From a virus, in the IMG/VR virus record IMGVR_UViG_3300031595_000166, positions 1 to 64,000 of that record: a stretch of DNA of 64,000 nt; one strand, given 5' to 3'. The translations under genes and the position numbers were made by a program. Position 1 is the first letter of the stretch; each line of letters opens with the position of its first letter. Of this stretch, positions 21,024 to 30,516 are shown one piece after another. The notes under the pieces were generated by a model, which saw nothing but the letters and a program-made list of their open reading frames with translations, was not told the origin of the DNA and made no database searches.

Positions 21024-22549
21024 ACTAATTTAGCCACTGCCGGTTTGCTTGTCAATAATTCTTTTAATTGTAATTTAACATTATTAGAAACTAATGTCTG
21101 AGTTGGCGTTAATAACTTAGTTAATATTTCTGAATTGATTTTGTTCTTTTTTGACAATTTATAATACTTGTTTATTTTTCTAACACAAGATATTATTGCT
21201 TGTTTTGTATGTTTCTTAGCCAAGAAGGAAAAACATAATTGCTTCATATATTCGTCTGAACTCGTGATATCATTTTTTGATGTAGTTTCAATTAGTTTGT
21301 TTGCTATTTCATTATAATAACTTGCTACGATCTCAGACATACCGGGAGTTTTGATTATTCTTTTGAGACCAATTTTTATATCATTATTTTTAGTTATTGA
21401 TGACAGATCTACTGATTTTAGACCAGTATAACACTGATCGAATGTGGCTACCATCTGACGAAAACGAATATTTCTATTTTCGATATTTATTTCTAATTGA
21501 GGTTTTTTTACTCGAAGATCTTTTTTAGCAAAAACTGGTGTATCCATATAAGATTTTGTTCGTTTTGTAAGATTTTTTCTTATAGAATGATCTGGAAGGT
21601 ATAATTTATTTATTATATTCCAATCAGTATTTTGCATTGGCCACACTATGATATCAATCTTACTATTTGTTTTTTCTTTTATGAAGTTATAAAATAACTC
21701 TTTTACTTTCCCATCATACGATGGATACATTCTATCTATTATAATTACTGGTTTTTTAGTTTCACTATTTACAGCATATCTAACAATACATCTTTTGATC
21801 ATTTTTGATCCAAGATTGTTTATATTTTTGCCCGTTGTCAGATATATAATACCAACGCAAGGGTCAATAAGCGAACCAACCAGTTGTGTTTTGAATCTTC
21901 CGCTCCAACTTTGACAAGACACAATGCCACGCATAGACATCGTCGCGATATCCCATAATCCTTCTAATCCGTTTGATGAAAATACTATTTTATAATCTTT
22001 TGTTGGGACATTATCTATGCTAAATTGCTTGAAGGATGCGATAGTTTCGAGTTTTGGAAAATTAATTCCGAGCCTTTCGGATTTAGATATTTCACATACC
22101 TTGTTATATATTCTGAAAAGACTTTCGTTCTTTCTGAAAATCACTTTGCCAGTATTATCTGCTATATCAGATGATAGTTTTATCGATACTTTATTATTTT
22201 CATTATAAATGAAAGAATGATAGTAATGCTGATCTTTTACGTTTGCCAGTATCCCGCGCCAGTATAATAATTTATTTATTTTAGCGGCTTGTGCATCATT
22301 AATAGGCGCGTGGCGATACGCTGCATTAGCGAACCTATTGAACATAAGCTCACCTAATTCACTAATCAGGCTTTCAGCGCTTGTTTTTGTAATTTCAGAA
22401 TTATCGAACTTACAGGTTTCACTACAATTCGGCAATCCAATTGATGGAAAAACTTTACTAACTTTTGTTATTGATTTGAGTTTTTCATGTTCCGCAAGAA
22501 ACTTTGGAAGTTTTTCGTTTTTTAGAAACTCTTGAATGTTTGTCTGCAT
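21020..22549 (-). CDS. uncharacterised protein, paralog 3 of 5
   Basis: FSSNGLEGLWDIATMSMRGIVSCQSW...IDRMYP. Confidence 0.85.
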   Translation of the reverse strand: MQTNIQEFLKNEKLPKFLAEHEKLKSITKVSKVFPSIGLPNCSETCKFDNSEITKTSAESLISELGELMFNRFANAAYRHAPINDAQAAKINKLLYWRGILANVKDQHYYHSFIYNENNKVSIKLSSDIADNTGKVIFRKNESLFRIYNKVCEISKSERLGINFPKLETIASFKQFSIDNVPTKDYKIVFSSNGLEGLWDIATMSMRGIVSCQSWSGRFKTQLVGSLIDPCVGIIYLTTGKNINNLGSKMIKRCIVRYAVNSETKKPVIIIDRMYPSYDGKVKELFYNFIKEKTNSKIDIIVWPMQNTDWNIINKLYLPDHSIRKNLTKRTKSYMDTPVFAKKDLRVKKPQLEINIENRNIRFRQMVATFDQCYTGLKSVDLSSITKNNDIKIGLKRIIKTPGMSEIVASYYNEIANKLIETTSKNDITSSDEYMKQLCFSFLAKKHTKQAIISCVRKINKYYKLSKKNKINSEILTKLLTPTQTLVSNNVKLQLKELLTSKPAVAKLV

Positions 22550-22557
22550 ATTTCACT

Positions 22558-24141
22558 CTATGGAAGTGGTAAGGGTTCAATCTTTATTGCATTTCGTTTC
22601 TCTACAATTTTCTTCAACTCTTCTTTCATAGTACTATCCATTGCTGGCAAAACTTTTTTCATCAGTGGAATGAAGTTTCGTATTCCGAAACGTTCACCCG
22701 CTTTGAGATGAATATCACCATTCAATTTTTTGATTAATTCAGTTTTAATTTTATCAACAATAACATTTCTTTGATTGAAGAAACTATAATAGACTCTACG
22801 AATGTAGGTTTCCGAATTAGTAAATTGAGTTTTATCTACATTATCCACTATATGTTTTGCAATAGTGTTGCCAATATTATGTATTGAATTAATATAATTA
22901 TAGTTGTTCTTTGCTTTTATTAATTTCAATGCAGGTTTTATTGTTCTCGGAACTTCTGTTAGCGGAACCTCTTTCACTGCTTCAACGAAGGCTTTCGCAA
23001 AACTTTGAATAAACTTATTCTCTTTTTTCTTACTATTCTTGTTGAATAACTCTGATTGTTTATCTTTTTTGATCCCAGATTTATTATTAATTCTCATATC
23101 CTGATATGATTGAATCGCATCATATTCATCATATGCTTTTGATTTACCGTCCCTACCTGTTTCTCGTAATTTCTTTCTGATTGGATTCATTGGAAGATAT
23201 GAGTTTTTTATTAAATCGTTTCCCATATTTTCAGAATACAATACTTTGAACTTACCGTTAGTCTTTGTTTCCAAAAACTTTTTGAATTGATTTATTACCT
23301 TTGTATCATTGCTTGGATACATTCTATCCATTAGAATGTATGGTTTATTGTCTTTACCATTAATTACGAACCTGACAATGCAACGACGAACCATCTTGGT
23401 TCCGTATTCATTGAACTTACCACCAGTAGTTAGGTAAATAATTCCAACGAACGGATCAATAACCGATCCTATTGTGCAATGTTTGTATTCACCGCGATCC
23501 CAACTTTGGCAGGAAGATATACCACGCATTGACATGGTTCCTATATCCCAAGCACCATTCGCTCCGTCTGATGAAAATGCTATCTTGAAGCCGTTGTTTG
23601 GTATGTTGTCCGTGCTAAATGTTTTGAATGAATAAGCATTCTCCAATGTATCCAATCCAACGAAGTTCCCTTCGCGAAGCATTTCCGTTAGTTTGTTATA
23701 TACACGGAATAGGCTTTCGTTTTTACGAAAGACTGGTCTATTATCATCTTCGATTGTAATATTGTCAGATAGTTTTAATGAAACTCTCCCATTGTTAATT
23801 TGAATAATATCATTTGGTTTTTTTAGTTGAGCAAGAACTTCCGCTAAAACTATTAGACATTTATCACTTTGTGCTTTACGGTTTTTGTTTTTTATTGTTT
23901 TTTGGTATTTTTTTAACTCAACTATTCTATAATCGATTATATTAATAATATCACTAATCAATATTTTTGCGGATGCTTTTGCCTGCTCTGAATTATCAAT
24001 TGCGGCATCTTCAATACAATTTGGAAGTCCTATTGATGGAAAGACTTTTTTGATTGTCTTTACTTCCTTGAAGATAGGGTGATTTGAGAACCATTTAGGA
24101 TATTTTTTGTCTTTGAAGATTTGTTCTATTGGTGTTGCCAT
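22558..24141 (-). CDS. uncharacterised protein, paralog 4 of 5
   Basis: FSSDGANGAWDIGTMSMRGISSCQSW...MDRMYP; start set at MATPIEQIF by homology to the other paralogs. Confidence 0.85.
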   Translation of the reverse strand: MATPIEQIFKDKKYPKWFSNHPIFKEVKTIKKVFPSIGLPNCIEDAAIDNSEQAKASAKILISDIINIIDYRIVELKKYQKTIKNKNRKAQSDKCLIVLAEVLAQLKKPNDIIQINNGRVSLKLSDNITIEDDNRPVFRKNESLFRVYNKLTEMLREGNFVGLDTLENAYSFKTFSTDNIPNNGFKIAFSSDGANGAWDIGTMSMRGISSCQSWDRGEYKHCTIGSVIDPFVGIIYLTTGGKFNEYGTKMVRRCIVRFVINGKDNKPYILMDRMYPSNDTKVINQFKKFLETKTNGKFKVLYSENMGNDLIKNSYLPMNPIRKKLRETGRDGKSKAYDEYDAIQSYQDMRINNKSGIKKDKQSELFNKNSKKKENKFIQSFAKAFVEAVKEVPLTEVPRTIKPALKLIKAKNNYNYINSIHNIGNTIAKHIVDNVDKTQFTNSETYIRRVYYSFFNQRNVIVDKIKTELIKKLNGDIHLKAGERFGIRNFIPLMKKVLPAMDSTMKEELKKIVEKRNAIKIEPLPLP

Positions 24142-24151
24142 TTGTGATCTC

Positions 24152-25507
24152 TTATAGGTATTTTGAATAGATTTCAGGGTATTTTTGTGGTTTTTTGGTT
24201 TTGAAAGGCTTATCCAGAAGTGGTATAATTTTCTTTGATGCCTCATCAACTATTTTTTGAGTTATATCTTTTGTTTTCGATGATTTACCTAACATATTTT
24301 TCTGAACTATTGATTTCAACATTGAATTTAGATTCTTTTTTATAGCACTAACATCTTTTAGAAGATCAGATTTAGACATATAATCGCGGTAACTCCAACT
24401 AATAAAATCTGCAACAGATTCCTGTAAATCACCATAATAATTATTATTTTTTATTTCTCTAAAATTATCTTTATACTCTTCTGGAATATCTGCCAGTTTT
24501 ATTTTTCTACAAGAAGAAGAAACGCTGTTTGCTATTTTTTCCTCAATATCAGAAACTAGATCGACCATATCATCTTCATCTTCATCTTCGTCGTCATAAT
24601 CAATTTCGGCATCACGATATGATCTATCATCCATATCTAATTTACTAACCACTTCGCTTGTAGGTATAACCATATTATTGCCAAAATAATTATGGTCGTA
24701 TCCACGAATTGGAAATTTGTTTTTAGTTTTTTCTTTTAGGAACAAAATAAATTGATCCATAATTGCTTTATTGTATTCAGGATACATTTGTTCAATGAAT
24801 AAATTAGGCTTTTTGTCTTTCTTATTTACAACGAACCTAACAACGCATCGGCGTAGCATTTTACTACCGTGCGATGTTTTTGTGCCAGATGAAAGATATA
24901 TAATACCAACGAACGGATCAACCATAGATCCAATTAGACTTTTAGATTGTGGTTTTCCCCATCCTTGACACGATTCAATACCACGCATAGATATTGTTGC
25001 AATGTCCCATAGTCCTTCCGCACCATCGGATGAAAAATGAATTGTGTGTTTGGCGTTTGGAATATTTACTGCACTAAATTTTTTGAATTGGCCAATAGTG
25101 TCCAATGCAGGTAAATTATAATTACAAGCCTGTTTTTGAATCTTATTATATACCTTGAAAACTCCTTCGCCGCGCTTAAATACAACTTTGCCGTTTTTAT
25201 CAACAACCTCTTTTGAAAGATTCAACGATATTTTGCCATCTTTTTCTACAATTGATTTATCAAGTATTTTGATTAAATCGGAATTTGCATTAGAATAATA
25301 AGATAGCCTATATTTCATATAGCCTAATAAATCCTTAGCCGTTTCCTTTATCTCTTGTGAGTTGTCAATATTTACAATCTTTTCGCTATTGGGTAATCCG
25401 ATCTCTGGAAAAATCTTTTTTATCGTCTTGACTGTCTTGAATATTTTATGTTTTTTTATAAACGATGGGAAGTCTTTTTTACTGAATATTTGTTTTACTG
25501 TTGGCAT
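24152..25507 (-). CDS. uncharacterised protein, paralog 5 of 5
   Basis: FSSDGAEGLWDIATISMRGIESCQGW...IEQMYP; acidic tract DDEDEDEDD. Confidence 0.85.
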   Translation of the reverse strand: MPTVKQIFSKKDFPSFIKKHKIFKTVKTIKKIFPEIGLPNSEKIVNIDNSQEIKETAKDLLGYMKYRLSYYSNANSDLIKILDKSIVEKDGKISLNLSKEVVDKNGKVVFKRGEGVFKVYNKIQKQACNYNLPALDTIGQFKKFSAVNIPNAKHTIHFSSDGAEGLWDIATISMRGIESCQGWGKPQSKSLIGSMVDPFVGIIYLSSGTKTSHGSKMLRRCVVRFVVNKKDKKPNLFIEQMYPEYNKAIMDQFILFLKEKTKNKFPIRGYDHNYFGNNMVIPTSEVVSKLDMDDRSYRDAEIDYDDEDEDEDDMVDLVSDIEEKIANSVSSSCRKIKLADIPEEYKDNFREIKNNNYYGDLQESVADFISWSYRDYMSKSDLLKDVSAIKKNLNSMLKSIVQKNMLGKSSKTKDITQKIVDEASKKIIPLLDKPFKTKKPQKYPEIYSKYL

Positions 25508-25689
25508 AGTTTATAGTCCTGTAATCTGTTTTCTATATACTGCTATTTGCTCTGCTGTTAGCTTATCCGAACTCTCTACGCGAACTGCGAATGGAAGCCT
25601 TGCTAATTCCCATTTTGCAACGCCCTCGTGATCGTATTCCCAGTATGCCATATCACCACGCGACGAAGTAATCATTAGAAAATAAGATT

Positions 25690-26076
25690 TCATTTGGTTT
25701 CTCCTAATTGAATAAAATCACAACCGCCGAACTTCAATAACAACTCTGGTATATGTTTCATATTCCAGCCAACTGCTTTTTCTTTCGTTTTTAGTTTTAC
25801 TTGCTCAGACAAGAAAATATACGCTCTATCAATCCATTGTTGTGGTAATGGTATTCCGCCTATATTTATATCTGCAATCCTCTTGTTTGCACCACCAAAA
25901 CCAGAATAAGTCATAAATCCAGAACGCAATAACCTAAATACTGATGATGATCTAAAATTAGAACCAGTTGCTTCTTCTGGAAGCACAAGGTTATATGATG
26001 GAATAACGAATGAATACTCGTTGCAAAACTCCATCATTTTTACTAACTGTTTTATTGTTGGCTGTCCGACAATCAT
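25690..26076 (-). CDS. hypothetical protein
   Basis: 128 aa ORF, ATGA-coupled. Confidence 0.6.
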   Translation of the reverse strand: MIVGQPTIKQLVKMMEFCNEYSFVIPSYNLVLPEEATGSNFRSSSVFRLLRSGFMTYSGFGGANKRIADINIGGIPLPQQWIDRAYIFLSEQVKLKTKEKAVGWNMKHIPELLLKFGGCDFIQLGETK

Positions 26077-26438
26077 TTTATTAATCCGATATGTTTGAAT
26101 AATTCTGTATTGAACTCACCGAAGGTCTTGCCTTTAACAAGAACATCAGGTGTTAGCCAGCGAACGATACCTTCATCACTTTCAATTATTGTTCCTGTGT
26201 ATGATTTTGGTGTAAATACTTGAACCTGATATTCGCCATCTATGCGTTCAAAAATAAATTGAGGATCAGATATTGTTAGTCCTGTTTCTTCCAATGTTTC
26301 ACGGATGGCACATTGTTCGAATGTTTCATTTTCAAGGCTTTTTCCGCCGACCAGTCCAAAATCAGTATGATCGTTTCGGCGACTAATAGCCAAAACTTTA
26401 TCGTTTTCAATTATCAGAACTGTTGATGCTCGTTTCAT
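26073..26438 (-). CDS. Nudix hydrolase
   Basis: Nudix box GGKSLENETFEQCAIRETLEETGL. Confidence 0.92.
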   Translation of the reverse strand: MKRASTVLIIENDKVLAISRRNDHTDFGLVGGKSLENETFEQCAIRETLEETGLTISDPQFIFERIDGEYQVQVFTPKSYTGTIIESDEGIVRWLTPDVLVKGKTFGEFNTELFKHIGLIK

Positions 26439-26441
26439 AAG

Positions 26442-26780
26442 TTATACCAATGTTAGATATTTTGCTAAGTTTTCTTTACCGTAGATTTTCTTATCATCTA
26501 ATTGTGTAATGTGTTGCCCATTGATCCAATATTCTGTATGACCATTGACCCATTCTTTTGCTGGGCCGTCTTCTCTATGAAGTTCGGCTTTACCATTTAT
26601 AAGGGAATAAGATCTTCTAACGCTCCTATCATAGTAATCTATGAATCCATTTTGTATGAAAATGCGAGAACTATTTCCGAATAATTCGTATAATTTTTTA
26701 TTCACAATAAAACAAGTCTGGTGAATTATGTGTTTTACTGTTTGTCCAACTCTAAATAATAGATTTTGTTGCATAATCAA
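26442..26780 (-). CDS. HREDGPA-repeat family protein (single repeat), tail AKYLTLV
   Basis: LHREDGPAKEWVNGHTEYWING...QLDDKKIYGKENL, shared with the 58.7-62.7 kb genes. Confidence 0.75.
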   Translation of the reverse strand: MIMQQNLLFRVGQTVKHIIHQTCFIVNKKLYELFGNSSRIFIQNGFIDYYDRSVRRSYSLINGKAELHREDGPAKEWVNGHTEYWINGQHITQLDDKKIYGKENLAKYLTLV

Positions 26781-27748
26781 TCTACTTTATACACATTAAC
26801 AAGAAAACTATTACTATCAACTTCAATCTTTTTCGAATCCTTGTTGCCCCAATTATCTGGCAACAATGCAATATGATTCGCAAGTAATTCTTTTTTCAAT
26901 TTATCTTTATATTTAGCAATAACATTTGCCTCTTTTGGCATACAGCAGATTTCAATCTCTACTCTATCTGTCAATTCCAATTCAAGTTCTTTTCGAACAT
27001 TTTGCAATGCAGATTTCAAGTCGGCAATAAATCCTTGCTCCAACAATTCAGGAGTTAAATTAGTGTCAAGAATGATTACCCCCGACCTGTTTGATGCAGA
27101 AGCATAACCCGCTTTTGATACGAACTCAACTTCAATATCACTCAATGTTAGATCAATATCGCACATTCTAACTGTTTCTTTATTTTCAAGCAGTTTATAC
27201 AAGTTTTTCCTATCGGCAAAACTCATTTTTGCCAATTCAGCTTTCAGTCCGTTTGCTTGCTTTCCAGCGCCACGCTTACCAAGAACTCGAAAATTAGGTT
27301 TCAATACCATATCGGTAAATTCATTTGCATTCTCAATGAATACAACTTTCTCAACATTCAATTCATCTCCAAGAATATTAGCATATTCGTTATGTTTGCA
27401 ATCAACATATACCATATAATTTTGAACTTGTTTGTCTGAATATAATACATACGCTGTGCGTAATGGCTGTCGATTACGGATCTTTACATCCGCACGAACC
27501 TTATGCCCCATCTCACACATATCGCGAATTGAACGCATACGATCAATCAATTCAAAATCAACATCGCTCAGTGGTAATTTATCTACACTGACGATAGTGA
27601 AGTTTGGATCGTTTTGATATTCCACCTGATACTCTTTGATCAGTTGTTCTGATTTATCGTCAATGGAATTGAATGACGCGAATGCTGTCCATTCCTGAAC
27701 GAATCCATTATCGTTTGTTGATTTGTAGCGAACTGTGTATTCACGCAC
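26777..27748 (-). CDS. stand-alone C-terminal domain of type-2 isoleucyl-tRNA synthetase (DUF5915-like)
   Basis: R...IRNRQPL, ILGDELNVEKV, LKPNFRVLGKR and VIILDTNLTPELLEQG...QNVRKE...TDRVEI match the IleRS2 C-terminus; no HIGH/KMSKS catalytic domain. Confidence 0.8.
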   Translation of the reverse strand: MREYTVRYKSTNDNGFVQEWTAFASFNSIDDKSEQLIKEYQVEYQNDPNFTIVSVDKLPLSDVDFELIDRMRSIRDMCEMGHKVRADVKIRNRQPLRTAYVLYSDKQVQNYMVYVDCKHNEYANILGDELNVEKVVFIENANEFTDMVLKPNFRVLGKRGAGKQANGLKAELAKMSFADRKNLYKLLENKETVRMCDIDLTLSDIEVEFVSKAGYASASNRSGVIILDTNLTPELLEQGFIADLKSALQNVRKELELELTDRVEIEICCMPKEANVIAKYKDKLKKELLANHIALLPDNWGNKDSKKIEVDSNSFLVNVYKVD

Positions 27749-27864
27749 GGTTTTTGTTTCCTTCGATTAGCCCTGTTGCATTCCAGTCTTTACCGCTAAC
27801 CCAATGCATTAGATTTGCAATACCAATTAGATTTTCTACCACGCCGGCACTACTGAATTGATCA

Positions 27865-28350
27865 TTATGCAATTGCTTTGCTAAATTGTTTATAGTCCTT
27901 ATAGGACTTTGTAATCCTATTCCAAAATCCCCACGATCTGTTTTTCCTACTACCAGTGAAAAACAATGTCCATGGACCATCATTTTCATCAATCAATTCC
28001 ACTCGATGAAAATCGTTAGGCGTGAAAAAATTGAATGACAAGGGTTTTACAAAACGACGATATACCGTATCATCTGGTGCTCTGCGTTCTTCCCAGTATC
28101 CCTTTGTCAAAACGAAACTAAATGAAAAACTCGTCGGATGGTTGTGGAGAAGATACGCATATCCTCCAACATTATCAGTAATATCAATATCAAGATCACT
28201 ACTACGAAAATGATGAAGGAACAAGTTTCCCCGTTCCCTATCTTTCCATAATAGGTAATACCGTGTCAAGTATGGCTTGCCATCTGGCTTTGGAATTGTA
28301 ATATTAGGAATCTTTTTAACCAATGAACCAAGCACACTTAGCATTATCAT
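27865..28350 (-). CDS. cupin-like phage protein
   Basis: YLTRY, LHHF.SSD, LHNHP, KGYWEE, FHRVEL and WTLFFTG pattern common in phage hypothetical proteins. Confidence 0.6.
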   Translation of the reverse strand: MIMLSVLGSLVKKIPNITIPKPDGKPYLTRYYLLWKDRERGNLFLHHFRSSDLDIDITDNVGGYAYLLHNHPTSFSFSFVLTKGYWEERRAPDDTVYRRFVKPLSFNFFTPNDFHRVELIDENDGPWTLFFTGSRKNRSWGFWNRITKSYKDYKQFSKAIA

Positions 28351-28363
28351 TCTCCATCTAAAT

Positions 28364-28565
28364 TGTCGGGAACGCTGGAACCTTTACCAGTCGGCATTTA
28401 ACTTATCCAGTTCTCATTCTTATAGATTACGCTTTGCAATCTACCGCGTCTGGGCACATTCAGCGGCGAATGAAAGGGATTTGTTTGCTTGCGGGCACGC
28501 CTCTATCGAGACTTTCAGATATTTTCAACTTTGGACATTTACTTTATCTAAAAAACTCCGCTCCC
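28364..28565 (-). ncRNA. candidate 200-nt structured RNA with tRNA-like ends
   Basis: Begins at the predicted TSS of the promoter at 28573-28601; 5' GGGAGCG pairs with 3' CGTTCCC, which is preceded by a CTGG-loop-CCAG hairpin; several internal stems. Confidence 0.55.
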
Positions 28566-28572
28566 TGTTAGT

Positions 28573-28601
28573 ATTGTAAGCATTAGCCCGACACCCGTCA
28601 A
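28573..28601 (-). promoter_or_regulatory. sigma70-type promoter
   Basis: TTGACG-17-TACAAT. Confidence 0.75.
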
Positions 28602-29107
28602 GGGGCTTTGGGATATTGTTTTTTATCTTTATTGGAACCAACTCTTGGCATTTCAACGCCGAAGATAGTTCGGTATATCGTTGCAAGACATACTTCTGAA
28701 CAAGCAACTCTATTTGGTAAATCTTGTGTCTCGTAAGCCTTGTTCATATTACCAATTGGCTTTTGGCAATTGCAACATTTAGCCATACTTTTTAATGTTG
28801 TTTGTGCCCAGCGTTCAAGTTTTTCAATGTCTTTTTTATTGTGAGGATCGAATAATTGGCAGGAACCTTTGCCATCCGCATTTACAAGTGAAACGCTTTT
28901 TGTTTCATCCCAATATTTCTGATGCCACTCTTCAATCATACGAAGCGATACATTTACTGCATCAACAGGACTAACAAGGTTTTTTTGTTCGCCACTAAAC
29001 ATAACTGGAAGTATATCTTTGCCAGCGAACTTAGAACCACCACAACTAATCTCTACGAGTAGTCTATTGTCTTCATAACGTCTCTGGCGAGACACATAAT
29101 AACCCAT
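28598..29107 (-). CDS. hypothetical protein with C-terminal zinc finger
   Basis: CCNC...CSEVC. Confidence 0.65.
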   Translation of the reverse strand: MGYYVSRQRRYEDNRLLVEISCGGSKFAGKDILPVMFSGEQKNLVSPVDAVNVSLRMIEEWHQKYWDETKSVSLVNADGKGSCQLFDPHNKKDIEKLERWAQTTLKSMAKCCNCQKPIGNMNKAYETQDLPNRVACSEVCLATIYRTIFGVEMPRVGSNKDKKQYPKAP

Positions 29108-29112
29108 CGGTT

Positions 29113-29952
29113 TTACCTCAATCTCTCGAATGTTTCAATGAACCTGTTCCAATACTTATCTTCCAAGATAGTCTCGAACTCCATGTACTCGAACTCTTCC
29201 TTCAAGGAATCAAAATCAACTTCGTATTCACTAAATTGCAACTCTTCATCCTCTATGATTTTGAATGCAACTAATTGATTATTCAATGAATAGTTTGCTC
29301 TATTCTCTACTACGGAAAGAAACTCCGCTAACTTTTCTGGATCGCTTGCAATAGCAATAGCCTTCTTCTTACTAATCAATGATGGAATGTTATCGCTTGT
29401 ATCGCCATTCAATGTTAGGAATGTTAGGAAGTGATAGTCTGGCGGAACAACATAGCCTTTTAGATTATGACTAAATACTTTTAGATTATCATAACCTTTT
29501 TGTAATAACTGAATGTAATCCTTGTCCGATGATATAACTGTTAGATCCTCATCTTGCAATGTAGAAACTAATGTCGCAATAACATCGTCCGCTTCGTATC
29601 TATCTGATTTTACTTGGGTTATTGGAAGATATTTTAGCAACTTCAACATAATGTTGTATTGACGAAGGAAGTCATCGCGTTTCTTTTGCTTGTCTTCTGA
29701 TCCTACTTTGATGATTCTGTTAGATTTATATTCGGAATATAACTCTCTTCTAAAACAATTTTCCCCTTCAAGCGCGAAGAATACTTTATCAGGATCGAAT
29801 TGTTCAATCAATGCTCTGGTATTACGGAAAAAATTATATACTGCGGCGAAACTTTCTTTATCTTCGTCTTCTGGTTTTGGCTTACCGAATGTGATATTCG
29901 CCCTATAACTAAAATTTAAACCGTCAATCAGTAATACTTTGTCCTTGCTCAT
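29113..29952 (-). CDS. 5'-3' exonuclease / flap endonuclease (PolI N-terminal or T4 RNase H type)
   Basis: LLIDGLN, FRRELYSEYKSNR, EADDVIA, SSDKDYIQL and GDTSDNIP. Confidence 0.92.
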   Translation of the reverse strand: MSKDKVLLIDGLNFSYRANITFGKPKPEDEDKESFAAVYNFFRNTRALIEQFDPDKVFFALEGENCFRRELYSEYKSNRIIKVGSEDKQKKRDDFLRQYNIMLKLLKYLPITQVKSDRYEADDVIATLVSTLQDEDLTVISSDKDYIQLLQKGYDNLKVFSHNLKGYVVPPDYHFLTFLTLNGDTSDNIPSLISKKKAIAIASDPEKLAEFLSVVENRANYSLNNQLVAFKIIEDEELQFSEYEVDFDSLKEEFEYMEFETILEDKYWNRFIETFERLR

Positions 29953-30300
29953 CAGTTTTCAATCTCGAATGGTGTCGTTTTCTAACATATCCTTCAACCG
30001 ACAAAATAACAATAATCAATAACGCTATGAATGCAATCTTGTGTCGGCGAATAAAATCAATCATCTAACATAATACTATTTTATTGGAATATTGTCTGCC
30101 TCTTTTTTACTGACGAAGAAACTATGGCTCTTACTTTCTTTACATCTGACTAATACAACTTCTGGTTCGCATATCTCATAATCACCATCGTATGATGTCA
30201 TCACATCCATACCATCCGAATCTTCGTTTGGATCATCAAGATATAGTGATTTACATCCACAAAACGGGCACATTGTGATTTGATTTTTCATTTTTATCCT

Positions 30301-30516
30301 TTACATTAGCAATAGATATTTTTCAATGTCTTCTTTATATTTAGAAGCGCTTGGAACTGTCAGACATAATGTATCAATATACATTGTAATACTTGTCGGA
30401 TTTATATTTCTATATATAGAATAAGCAATTTCTGCTGGGACATTCAATTCTTTTTTCTCGAACAATGCAATTGTGTCTTCCCAATTTAATCTTGCGTGTT
30501 CTTCATAATCAAGCAT
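30301..30516 (-). CDS. family A small protein (N-terminally shortened)
   Basis: FEKKELNVPAEI...KYKEDIEKYLLLM. Confidence 0.7.
   Translation of the reverse strand: MLDYEEHARLNWEDTIALFEKKELNVPAEIAYSIYRNINPTSITMYIDTLCLTVPSASKYKEDIEKYLLLM

Noticed and set aside
28364-28565. tmRNA or RNase P RNA
   Set aside because: It is too short and has no G3.U70, TTCGA loop or tag ORF; GAAAGTC is present but the other RNase P conserved regions are not.
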